NCBI RefSeq assembly: GCF_006345805.1
Contig: NC_042998.1
Location: forward strand, 143,282,001-143,346,000
DNA: 64,000 bases
Direction: 5' to 3'
Origin: Octopus sinensis
Lineage: Eukaryota
Positions 1-11,542 of this stretch are shown here, piece by piece. Numbering within the stretch: position 1 is the stretch's first letter; the number at the start of each line of letters is the position of its first letter. Made by a program: the position numbers and the translations under genes. A model generated the notes under the pieces. That model ran no database searches, had not been told where the DNA came from, and was given only the letters and a program-made list of their open reading frames with translations.

Positions 1-54
<54 letters not shown>

Positions 55-71
55 CATGTATGTGCATATGT

Positions 72-261
72 ATCTTTTATTCTTTTACTTGTTTCAGTCA
101 TTTGGCTGCGACGTGCTGGAACACCGCCTTGAAGGGTTTCTACTCGAACAAATCGACTCCAAGATTCTTTTAAAGCATGACACTTATTATATTGGTCTCT
201 TAGCTAAACAGCTAAATTACAGGGAGCGTAAACACTGGTTGTCAACGGTGGTGGGGGCCAA

Positions 262-328
<67 letters not shown>

Positions 329-475
329 CGATGGGCTTCTTTCAGTTTCCGTCTACCAAATCCACTCACAAGGCTTTGGTTGGCCCTATAGTAGGAGACA
401 CTTGCCAAAATTGCCGCGCGGTGGGACTGAACCCGGAACCATGTGGTTGGGATGCAAGCTTCATTCCACGCACTT
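72..475 (-). mobile_element. SINE family S1 (tRNA-like head, CCTTGGGCAAGTG body, internal microsatellite, 3' domain)
   Basis: Reverse complement matches the S1 copies at 38946 and 53583 (GGTTCCGGGTTCAGTCCCAC...TTGGTAGACGGAAACTGAAAGAAGCCC). Confidence 0.85.
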
Positions 476-660
476 TTTTATACATATGTATACACACACA
501 CACATTTATCATTAAAAAAGGAGGCACTGCAAAGTGCAACATGTCACCAAAAATCGGGCTGGTTTCACATTCCTCTCCAGTATCTGGTGTAGTACGACGC
601 GTGTCATCAACCACAGGATTGGCTGGTGAGCGGAATACGAACCAAATAATAGGAAATAAT

Positions 661-790
661 AATAATAATCCTTTCTACTACAGGAACAAGATTTGAAATT
701 TGGGTGTGGGGAAGAGCTATGTCGGTTACATCGACTCCAGTGCTTGACTGGTACTTAATTTATCGACCTCGAAAGGATGAAAGACAAGTC
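661..790 (-). mobile_element. SINE family S2, 3' fragment
   Basis: TCGACTCCAGTG...TGGTACTTAATTTATCGACCTCGAAAGGATGAAAG is shared with the other S2 copies. Confidence 0.75.
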
Positions 791-975
791 TGGGACATAT
801 AGAAATATTGTGAAGTCTATTTGCTGACGAAAAATAAATTACGAATTAAAAACATCTCTAATAATTCGGTGTTCTTCAACACTTGGCGTCTTGTTGGGAG
901 CTTCCCTAGAACGCTATCCCGCAGGGATATTAGAGTTGTTTTTAATTCACGATTTAATGCGCGTGCACGCACGCA

Positions 976-1048
<73 letters not shown>

Positions 1049-1080
1049 ACAGATAGATAAGCATGACATTCCTGTCTCTT

Positions 1081-1545
1081 TTAAATAAGCATTTCCCAGT
1101 AAAGCATAAATATACGAAGGTTTTTAACAGACGTTCGTTTAAAATATACAGCTGTTGCCCCAATATGAAAAACATTATCACTCGTTAGCATCACCAAATT
1201 CCACTCTCAATTGTAACTATCGAGGCCCTGAAGCTTGCCCACTTGACTAGGTCGTCTTTGAGGCACATCGACAAAAGTAAAGCCACTAAGTTGGCTAGCC
1301 GCGTATGATGTTTGAAGACCAACTGCACCTCACATACAATCAAGTGGAGAATTGTAGAGGAATCCATGCCATATGTAAATAGTTGTAAGAAATGCAACTT
1401 ATGCGTAGTTGAAAGTTGGCACGTTCATTTTAGATTTAAAAATTCCATCGCACTACTTAATTCTAGATCCGAAATCTTTAGCAAATGTAAGCATTTAGAC
1501 AAATTTCTTTGGGCGAACTGGAGGACACCACTCACTCAGGATTGA
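1081..1545 (+). pseudogene. Penelope-like element linker and GIY-YIG endonuclease remnant (frameshifts, stops)
   Basis: Translates as LNKHFPVKHKYTKVFNRRSF..YSCCPNMKNII, then CNYRGPEACPLD, then WRIVEESMPYVNSCKKCNLC...LLNSRSEIFSKCKH. These match PLE motifs (KHFP..KIFN..SYSC.PN; CxC..CPL; CxLC..LNxRSE..CRH). Confidence 0.8.
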
Positions 1546-1883
1546 GCAGCGCTCTCGCAAAATTTGGACCCCACTCCGTCGAATTATTCTACCACAACTA
1601 GTTTAACTATGGCTTCTACGGTAAAAGATAGTAACTCTTTCTTTTCCTTATTTTTCGTTTTTATTCACCATTCCAATTTTTGCATCAACCTTCTCGTTTT
1701 TTTCCCTCGTGACCTCATGTACTAGCGTCCTGATTTTCAAATAAAACAAAGCATGTTCTCAGAGCCCGAGGTTTGCTTGGAGATACAGAGGTCATTGTAG
1801 AAACCTGCTTAACCACGTACTTTCAAAGCAAGAAACTATTAGTAACTCTTATCTTTATGACGTGTTCATCAGATTATATATAT

Positions 1884-2050
1884 GTATAAAAAATATAAAC
1901 TGGGACAAGAACGCAAAACTTCAGTCAAGAACCGGATCATCTTCGATCCGGTTCTTGACTGAAGATTGAAGGCTTCGAATGTCCTGTCCGTGTTTTTTGT
2001 GTCGTCATCAAAATGTTTTGCGTTCTTGTCCCAGTTTGTATTTTTTATAC
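1884..2050. repeat. Nested inverted repeat, probable PLE pseudo-LTR remnant
   Basis: Outer arms 1884-1919 and 2015-2050. Inner perfect 20-bp hairpin CTTCAGTCAAGAACCGGATC (1919-1938) with its complement at 1945-1964. Confidence 0.85.
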
Positions 2051-2096
2051 ACACACGCACACACATATATATATATAGCGGCGTACGTACCCTCTC

Positions 2097-2100
<4 letters not shown>

Positions 2101-2155
<55 letters not shown>

Positions 2156-2342
2156 ATATATATATATGTATTTATGTATATATACATACATACATGCATG
2201 CATTCATACATACACATGTATTCATGCATATACGTATAACATAGTATGTAGTTATGTATGTACATACATAAGTATGTATGCATATATGTCAGTAAATGTA
2301 TGTATGTATGTATGTATGTATGTATGTATGTATGTATGTATG

Positions 2343-2383
<41 letters not shown>

Positions 2384-2385
2384 CT
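2101..2385. repeat. Compound microsatellite (TA)n/(TATG)n/(TATC)n
   Basis: Read directly. One of many such tracts (e.g. 1-52, 17705-17800, 30740-31080, 41230-41660, 44905-45040, 49380-49505, 62690-63800). Confidence 0.95.
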
Positions 2386-2689
2386 ATCTCAGTAGTAGTA
2401 TTAGCTCCTGTATCAACTGCACTAATATTGACCAATCTGCTGCCACTCATGACAGCAGTTTTGTTACATAATCAGAAATCGTTAATAGTTCCCAGAATTC
2501 CACACGATTTTAATTTCATAAATTAACATAAATTAACATATTTGAATCGCTTTTTTCTTTTTCTAATGCGTATTTGAATTAAACTTACCCACATCATACA
2601 TCATAACCTTTCACCCTTTCTTCATCTTGCACATCTATCTATATAGAACTACCTACACATACATACCAGTGTCTATCTATTTAGCTGTG

Positions 2690-3500
2690 TATTTCTTACT
2701 CCCTCCCTTATTCTCCCCCCTCTCTCTCTCTTTCTCTCTCTCTCAATTTCTCCGCCCCTTCTTTCACTCACTCTCCTCTTACTGTCTTCGCACCCTCACT
2801 GTAGCATTCACCCTTCCAACGCCTTCCACGTCTATTTCTCCCCTTCATTTCTCTCTCTCTCCCTTTTGTCTCCCCCCACGCTCTTTTTGTCTCCTCCCCT
2901 TTTTTCACTCAATCTCCTCTTACCTTCCTCTTTCATCCTTCTAATGCTTTTTATTCCTTTCTTCCTGATCTCCCACTATCCCGCCCGCCTTTTCCTCCTC
3001 CTCCTTCTCTCTCTCATTCCGTCTCGCTCTCCACCTTCTCTCTCTCCCTCTCTCACTCACTCCTCAGGACTACTCGATTCTGTCCCCTTCCCTCTGACAC
3101 TAAACCCCACTAGATTTCCTTCGTGTTTCTCCTTCCCCTTCTTCCTTTATTTTATCTTTCGTGTTTTTCTCCTCCCCTTCCTCCTCCTCCTATTGTTCAC
3201 CTTCTGTTTCCTCTCCTCTGTTCTCAATTTACCTACTTATTCGGTCTATATTCCCCTCCCCTTCAACCATCTATCGATCATTCTACTCTATTTCTATTAG
3301 TCACGTAATAGTCTCTCCCCACTCTCTTTCTTTCCCTTTCTGTTTTTCTTTCTTCCTTTCTTTCTATCTTCCTTTCCTTCTTTCTTTCCTTATTTACTTT
3401 ATTATTTTATTGTTTTATTTGGAATTTTCTTTCTCTTTGTTCTTCCTTTCTTTTCATCCCACCCTTCTTCTCCCCCTTCCTTCTTCCTCCCATTCTTCTC
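2690..3500. repeat. Polypyrimidine low-complexity tract
   Basis: About 800 bp of almost only C/T. A similar tract lies at 16650-17350. Confidence 0.85.
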
Positions 3501-3504
3501 TGGT

Positions 3505-3730
3505 CTGGCGGTTAAGGTGTTGCACTCATAATCATTAGATTGCGGTTTCGATTCCTGGAGCGGGTAGTGCGTTGTGCAAAACGCTTCATTTCACTTTGCT
3601 CAGGGTTACTCAGCTGTAGATAAGTTTCAACAATTGCTGAGAAGTTAACCCTACGACGAACCGGCGTCTCATTACGCGTGTGTGTGTATGTTGGGGAGTG
3701 TTGCAGTCTCAGTGGCTTATGCGCTCATGG
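3505..3730 (+). mobile_element. SINE family S3
   Basis: tRNA-like head (GGTTAAGGTGTTGCACTCATAATC...GGTTTCGATTCCTGG) and body CTTCATTTCACTTTGCTC..CTCAGCTG, shared with 5253 and 25318. Confidence 0.7.
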
Positions 3731-3774
3731 GAGTAAGTCCGGTGAACATTACTGTCTTCGAGTTCTGTCCTGAG

Positions 3775-3985
3775 GCTCATAGGGCCGCTTACCCGGTTTC
3801 TGTGACGCAGAAGTGACTGAGATCACAACATTACCCTTGAACAGGGCGCCAGTCCGTTGCAGGGTTATTCATTTACAACCAAGTGAACTGGAGTAACATG
3901 ATTTGAAGTGTTGTGCTTAAGAGCATAATGCGTCTCCTGGATCTGGAATTGAAACCACGATCATACGATCCACTAGGCTGCAGGC
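3775..3985 (-). mobile_element. SINE S3-related copy
   Basis: GTGAACTGGAGTAACATGATTTGAAGTGTTGTGCTTAAGAGCATAATGC is the reverse complement of the S3 body. Confidence 0.6.
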
Positions 3986-4156
3986 CTTCACTGCTCATGT
4001 CAGACCAAAGTCTAAATAAGTAATCTTTCCTTCCACCCTCCATTCCTTCCTTCCTCCATTCCTTCCTTCCTCCCTTCCATTTTAAATTCCTTCGCCGGTA
4101 GATGTCACTTATAGTCAATGAGTTAACCCGAGTATATTACAAGTACTTGTTTTAAC

Positions 4157-4432
4157 CAGGGCCAGCGCTAGGAAGTACGGGGTCTTATTAGAAAATTGTC
4201 AGTGGGACCCTTCTACTCTACAAAAGCTGAAGATTGATGTTTTATGCTTTGTGTGGTACACCATTCCCCTCCAAAAATCGTTGAGGGCTTGAGCTTCCAC
4301 CATTAGCCATTATGATTAAAAATTCATCAAAAATTCATCATAGTGTCCTCCGCTCGTGCGTGTGCACAGGGCCCTCTGTTTGTGCAGGGCCCAATTTGAA
4401 CAAATCTGCCTAAGGCCTTAAAACCAGACCTG
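4157..4432. mobile_element. hAT-type MITE
   Basis: Ends CAGGGCC... and ...GACCTG. Perfect 8-bp TSD GTTTTAAC at 4149-4156 and 4433-4440. Confidence 0.75.
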
Positions 4433-5252
4433 GTTTTAACAGTTCAACAGAGATTTCAATTCATTCTGTAAAGCGACAAGGCAGCAAGCTGATAGAGTCG
4501 TAGGATAGAGTTCAAATCCCGCCGAGGATAACTTTATATTTCAATCTTTCAGAGTCAATAAAATAAAGAACCAGTGAAGTACTGGAGCAAATGGTATCGA
4601 CAACTCTCCTGCTTCCCGAAATTTCAAGCACTGTGTCAATGCTAGAAAGGGACGTAAATCATTTAAAGGACTAAACTATTTGAGTAGATCGGTCCAGAAC
4701 TTTGTTTATCGACCCAAACTCCCCCAAAAAGATGGATTCAGCGGAATTTGAATGTAAAGACCCATAGTTAAACTATTGCAAGGCCATTTTTTTTGCTCTT
4801 CTCGTCATTCTGCAATTAATTACCATCTCTATATTTTAATAATAGTCGATATAATTTTTCTGCGTTGGCTGGTTGGTTAATTTCCCTGTCACGCTTTACA
4901 TCTGAGAGGGAGGCAGAGAGAGAGAGAGAGGGAGAGAGAAAGAAAGACAGAATACGTGTATGAATGAGTTAATGAATGATGGGGTGTGTTATACTGTGCG
5001 TGTATGTGTGCGTGTGTTTGCGCGCATATGCTTGTGCTGTGTTGTGTGTATGCGTGTATGCGTGTATGGGCGTGTATGTGTATGTAGGTGTGTATGTGTG
5101 TGAGTTTGGGTGCGTATTCTTGTGCTATGTTGTGTGTATGTGTGTGTGTGGAGGTATGTTGTGTGTATGTGTGCGTAGTGCGTAATTTTGACTGACAGTT
5201 TATTTAGAGTAGATCTAAGTATTTAGGCATGCACTATTGACTTTGTTGTTAA

Positions 5253-5530
5253 GGCGCATGGCTTAGTCGTTAGGTTACTGTATTCGCGATCTTACGATCG
5301 TGGTTTCGATTCCCGTACCGAACGGCGCGCTTTGTTCTTAGGAAACACTTCAATTCATATTGTTCCAGTCCTCTCAGCTGTAAAAGGTTTTCAGCTATTG
5401 CTGGGAAGTTAATCCTGCAAAAAGACTGACATCCCAAACAAAGGAGTGTTTTATAACCTCAGTCAATTAAGTACCATAGAAACTGAGTTAAGCTCCTTTC
5501 GTATGCAGCCTAGGATTATGAGAACTAAGT
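5253..5530 (+). mobile_element. SINE family S3
   Basis: GGCGCATGGCTTAGTCGTTAGG...GGTTTCGATTCCCG head (A/B-box-like) plus S3 body. Confidence 0.8.
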
Positions 5531-5974
5531 CTACCAACTGTGTTATACACTGTCTCTTACTGATATAAATAAAAATGGATTTTGATACAGACACAAGGTC
5601 GATTAGACTGACTTCGATATCAACTGGTTACTTCCATTTATTTCGGTTTTAAATTGGGTTTGCAAGATTCTTGATGTGAACTCGTGTGTTGAAATAGATT
5701 TCGTTAGTATTTCAGGAGGGTCATTATGCCAATAGTAAACACACACACCAGTTCTGTTTCAGTTTTTTATTATTTATTCGTTAATTAGTTCACTACCTAA
5801 CCAGCTGAGTAGTCGATTGTGTAATCAGTGGTTCATTTAATCCAATAGTCACGTTTATCAAAGTCATTTCGTCGCCGCTTGCAATCTTATCAATAACCAT
5901 CCCTCTCTGCTCAAGATCTATATCAGGCCTGTCAGTATGTATGTATCTATGTACACACACACCACACACACACA

Positions 5975-6014
<40 letters not shown>

Positions 6015-6166
6015 TCACACACATATAAATGTCGATATTTTTCGTCTCCTATTACTTTCCAATGTTAATTGCTGTTTTGCAACGGTTTCCTATAGAGACA
6101 GTGATTTATTAAGGCGTCCTCTTTTTTGCTCGTGGGTAAGAAACATTAGTTTGCTGTCAGAGGTGA

Positions 6167-6199
<33 letters not shown>

Positions 6200-6217
<18 letters not shown>

Positions 6218-6770
6218 TCCAGATTATCTTTGCAATTTCGGCTGGTTATGCTCGAGATTGGTTCAGTCTGACCGGCCCCAAGGAAAAACTAATCTAAGAG
6301 CATTAGATCCCTTGGAAGAAAACAGCGAATGCATACGAAAAAAAGGACAGAAAAAAACGGAGAAGGTTACACAAATACAAATAACAGGATATAACAACAG
6401 GTGTTTTTCGACTAAGGACGAATTAAATTAAGCTGGCGTGTGTAGAAGTAAAGCCTTACGGCAGGGATACAAGATTTCATAGGCACAGGGAAGAATAGAG
6501 ATGTTGCACGGACAGCGACCGAACCAAGAAAGAAAGGTCAGGCTTGGCCGAACACCGGTCACGTGGGGAGAGAAGAGAGAGAGGTAGAGGAAGAGGGACA
6601 GAAGAAATATGGAGGGGAGAGAAAAATAACAGGGACACAGTGAAGTGAAAAGAGGAGGGAAAGTGAGCATGAAGAGAAGGCAATGAAATGTGAGAGAGGG
6701 GGAACGAAAGAACGAAGAGTGGAATAAACGAAGTAAGCGTGAAAGGGCTGATAGAAAGAAGGAAGGTATG
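6200..6770 (-). mobile_element. Non-coding interspersed element homologous to 15400-16000, putative PLE 3' region
   Basis: Shared blocks with the reverse complement of 15640-16000 (CTAAGAGC, ATAACAACAGGTGT, AAGAAAGAAAG..CTTGGCCGAACACC), followed by a purine tract. Confidence 0.6.
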
Positions 6771-6787
6771 TATATATGTGTGTATTA

Positions 6788-8540
6788 ATAATGGTTTCAA
6801 ATTTTAACATAAGGTCAGCAATTTTGGGGGAGGGGTAAGTCGATAACATCGAACTCAGTGCTCAGCTGATATAAATTTTATCGACCTCGAAAGGATGAAA
6901 CTCGGAACGTAAATTCGGAAGAAATGTCGCTAATGATTTTACCAACTCACCGCTTTATATATATTAATAATGATTTCAAATATTTGCCACAAGGGTAGCT
7001 TGGGGGAGGGAGTTAAGTCGATTGCATCGATTCCAGTGCGTAACTGATACTTATTTAATTGATCCCGAAAGGATGAAAAGCAAAGTCGACCTCGGCGGAA
7101 TTTGAACTCAGAACGTAACGGTAAACGAAATACCTATTTCTTTATTACCTACAAGGGGCTAAACACAGAAAAAACAAACAAGGACAGACACACGGATTAA
7201 GTCGATTATATCGACCCCAGTGCGTAACTGGTACTTATTTAATCGACCCCGAGAGGATGAAAGGCAAAGTGGACCTCGGCAGAATTTGAACTGAGAACGT
7301 AGCGGCAAACGAAATACGGCTACGCATTTCGCCCGGCGTGCTAACGTTTCTGCCAGCTCGCCACCTTTATGAATGCATTAATAGCTACAGAAAAGCAAGT
7401 CAAAAGATGGTATTATCACTATGTATTTATATAAATGTAGCTTTTCATTAAAGCTTGGGCATCACCGCTGCACAGCAATAATAAACGATCTTGCAATTTC
7501 AGTTGTAAAGCGAGCAAACTATGACAACGTGTATAAATTTGACATATATGGAGAGCACGAACAAGTCCATAATAAGATAAAGAAGAACAATAAAATTTAG
7601 TGGCAAATATGACAATTTTTTTTCTTCTCGAACCCCAAGGGTCATAAAGGCCATTTATCCGATTCCCATGCCATTTAAGTGATCGAGATTACAACATTCC
7701 TCTTGAACGGGACGCAAGTTTCAAGGCCAGAAATTTTGAAGAGATGGAGTAAGCCAATTATATCGACCTCTGTACTTGACTAGTACTTAATTTTATCGAT
7801 TCTGAAAGAAGGAAACACAAAGTTGGCCTCGGCGGTATTTTCAACTCAGAACGTAAAGAGCCGGAAGAAATACCGCCAAGCATTTTGTCCGACGTGCTAA
7901 CGATTTTTCCCTAACTCGCCACCTTATGAGATAATTATTAATTTCAAATTTTGCACAAGGCCAGTAATTTCGGGGTGGGGGTAAGTCGATTACATCGATA
8001 CCAGTACTTAGCTAGTACTTATTTTATCGACACCGAAAGGATGAAAGGCAAAATCGGTGCAATATGAACTCAGAACACGAAAACAGACGAAATACCTATT
8101 TCTTTACTGTCCCCAAGGGGTTACACACAGAGGGGAAAAACAAGGACAGACAAACGGATTAAGTCAATTATATCAACCCCAGTGCGTAACTGGTACTTAT
8201 TTAATCGACCCCAAAAGGATGAAAGGCAAAGTGGACCTCGGCGGAATTTGAACTCAGAACGTAGCGACAAACGATATACCGCTAAGCATTTCGCCCAGCG
8301 TGTTAACGTTTCTGCCAGCTCGCCAGTTTTGATTTCAAATTCTGGCACAAAGTAATTTCTGGGAAGAAATTAGCCGATTACATTGACCCCAGGGCTCAAA
8401 TGGTGCTTATTTTATCGACCTCGAAAGGACGAAAGGCAAAGTCGACCTCGGTGGTATTTCAACTCAGAACATAATGATCCAGAAGCAATACCACCATGCA
8501 TCTTGTTCGACGTGCTAACGATTTTCCCTAGCTCGTCGCT
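6788..8540 (-). mobile_element. Cluster of about 7 same-strand S2 SINE units, including two composite dimers
   Basis: Units at about 6788, 6965, 7195, 7720, 7935, 8155 and 8330, each containing TCGACCCC...GAAAGGATGAAAGGCAAAGTCGACCTCGGCGGAATTTGAACTCAGAACG or a variant. Confidence 0.85.
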
Positions 8541-8847
8541 TTATGGTATATTCATTAAACAAGATATGGCGCCAGTGAGTAAAACTGATCTAATGAAAAT
8601 ATTCCAAATTGGAGAGTCTGCAGTTTGTTATGATATATAAATCAGAGAATATTATTCTAGAATACACATATTCGCCCGAAAGTTACAATATAATTGATGA
8701 AAGGAGAACAATTTACAGTGGATAAAACTGAAATATTTTGATAAAATGTTGTACAAATGTTTTTTGTTAAAACGATCAGAAAGTGTGGTAATAAAAGATG
8801 TTTATTGTCAAAGCAATGTTTTTTAAAGAAGCAAGTACCATATTTTG

Positions 8848-9006
8848 CATTTGTGTAGCCAGAATGTGCGCCGCCTGGGACATGGCTTGAGTTTGCAGCT
8901 TCTGCCCACCTACAAGCCTAATCTGACTTATACAGTAGATCCAAAAGTGCTGCCCCATGAATGCATCGCCCGGGGCAGACCGACTATACCCCTAGCTACA
9001 CTACTG
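8848..9006. mobile_element. Degenerate MITE related to 26235-26412
   Basis: Shares CCAAAAGTGCTGCC and the terminal CCTAGCTAC...TG with the second copy. Confidence 0.5.
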
Positions 9007-11193
9007 TGTAATACGTACTTTTTCCGTAAATAACAAAAGTACCCTGAAAATCATCATACGTCATACGTGATAATAGTTGGGAAGTTGTTGTGGTTTTCCG
9101 AAATCAACCGGGTGGTTGGCAGCTGCCGTACTCGAGCGCCGGTAGCTGTAGCTGGTCAGCAGTGGTAGATGTAGTATGATCACCATGGTGTGTCGCATGA
9201 ATAATCGCAGGACAGTCAAAGCGAAGTGCGTAGTGTTGTGTATTACAATAATAATACCCGGTAGCAAACCACCACATACGTGGCTGTTGTTTAATAATTT
9301 TGCTCAACGACAGGTATAAACACTGTCGGTTTGTCTACTAGTTTTGTCTGATAAGAGTCATTTAGCATGTGTCTGCCGAAAACTGTTTAATCATGTGGAT
9401 GAAACTTAGCTTGTTTATGATTGCATTCTATCGGTTTGTCAGAACTTACGGACATTCAGGAAGTCTGAAAATGTAAAGTGTCTGCTAATTTTCGACAATT
9501 TCGGGGTCAAGTTGCATCTGAAACGAGGTTAGTGTGAATATATCTTCTCTTGTACTTTCGGGGTACAAGAGGCAATCACTATCCGTTGCTTTAAAATCCA
9601 GATTCTCTACCAGTCAGAAACAACAAGACGCAGACGTAAAAGATATATATACTACTTTATTCTCTAATGTGGTAACAGTAACAATAAGTGGTTATCTGGT
9701 ATCCCTTTGGTATAAATGTGTCAGTGCTGAACCTTATCGCTGTAAAATAAGAAAGTGTTCAAATGCAAAACGACACTGGTCAAAGATGGCGTCCGGAACA
9801 GGGAGAAGATGTGGTCTGCAACAATTTGGTTAAAGGCCTTTTGGTATGGTGCTGCTAGAATCAAGTTCGGATGGAGAAAAAATATACGTGACCGTCGCCT
9901 TCAGTCGCTGCTGTCTCAAGTCGCTGCTGTCTCAAGTCGCTGCTTGCTGGACGCTGGTGGTCAACGTCTTACGATCCCCTTGCCTCGGCTAACTGCTACG
10001 TAGGCAAAAGGGTTCTTCTTCCGGTGGTGAAAGCACCAACCCCGCACGCGCGAAATACAAATGGACGGTGCGCGAGCGCGCGCCGTTGTATAGGATCACT
10101 ACACATCAATGAAAATAAATATTCCCTCTGCAGGCTACGTAATATTAAATATATTATTTTTGATTTGACTTGTATGTTAAGGGGTCATCAGGAACCTTGA
10201 ACATCATTATAAAAAATGATTTTATGGCAAAAATTGGTGAGTATGAATGCCAATCTTACATAAATTCGATGATGTTTTACGACAAAAAATACAGGATTTT
10301 CTTTTATAAACTTCATGGAATCGAGTTTAGACCGAAACACTTTAAGGTGTGTGGTGAGAGTTATGGAGGAACATGGTGTTTGCTGTTGTAGTGTGTGATA
10401 AAGACAAAGGCTTCTACAAAAAATAGAAGGCATCCGAATTGCAAGAATTAATGGAAGCTATTAAATTATCTCTGAAAGACAACCCACCGTATAAACTTAA
10501 TGCTGTTCGCATAGCAGAGTGGATATACTCCTGAGACAAAATTGAAATTGTAGTCATTTTCACTGATCAAGAAGTTTTTCGAGGCATTACGACTTTTGGT
10601 AAGAAAAAAAGAAAATTGTTCAGAAGAGTCTGGTGAAGAAGTTGACAAAATTCAAGAAAAAGATATGTAGGGTAGTGACGTAACTAGAGTACGTACAACC
10701 CGGGGCAACTTTTTATTTAGCCGCCACCTTCGGGCCCCCAAGCCTCATAGAGGTTTATATACAGGAACCAAAAACTGTCTCTCCAATAAAAGCAGAATCC
10801 AGGGTGGACCATCCTCGCTTCTCTCTCTTCCCCTCTTTTCCCTCTTTCACTCTTCCCCCTCTTCTTTATTCTCTTCTTCCCCTCACGTCTGATCTCCATA
10901 CTTACCTAGCTACGTTACAGATGTTGGGTTGCAAGAGAAGAGCATGCTGAAATTATTACCAAATTCATGGAAGAGAATCATTGCTTCAGTCTTCAAGATG
11001 TCACACATGCACACACACATTATGAAGAATAATCTAAATATTTAGAAATGGCTATGTCGAAGACCAGGCAATATACGAAAATATTTAAAGGAAGCATCAG
11101 AAACGTCAACCAGAGCATCAGATGCCGTAGAATCTGCCATCAGTTTGTATAAAATAACTCTGCTTTCATTTGTTAATATTTCAAAATATTATA

Positions 11194-11410
11194 AGACGGT
11201 GAGCTGGCGGTATCGTTAACACACCGGGCAAAATTCTTAGCGGCATTTCGTCCGTCTTAACGTTCTGAGTACAAATTCCATCGACGTTGACTTTGCATTT
11301 CATCCTTTCAGAGTCGATAAAATAAGTTCCAGTTGAATTCTGGAGTCGATGTAATCGACTTACCCCCATCCTCAAAATTGCTGGCACAGCGCCAAAATTT
11401 GAAACCGATA
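11194..11410 (+). mobile_element. SINE family S2
   Basis: Full head GACGGTGAGCTGGCGG...GTTCTGAGTACAAATTCC plus S2 body. Confidence 0.85.
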
Positions 11411-11542
11411 TTTCATGTATTATTATACGCCAATTTTTTTAAAAACAGATTGCATTTAATGATGAATACTATTCTATCAAAATTTACCTGTAAATCTCTT
11501 TATTTTTCTTTCATTTTAAAAGTGCTGCTGATATTTCGGGAA

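Noticed and set aside
6480-6570. KERSGLAEH reading, resembling a GIY-YIG helix (also on the minus strand at 15640-15720)
   Set aside because: The frame is broken, lacks other endonuclease motifs and runs opposite to the inferred sense strand, so it is probably chance.
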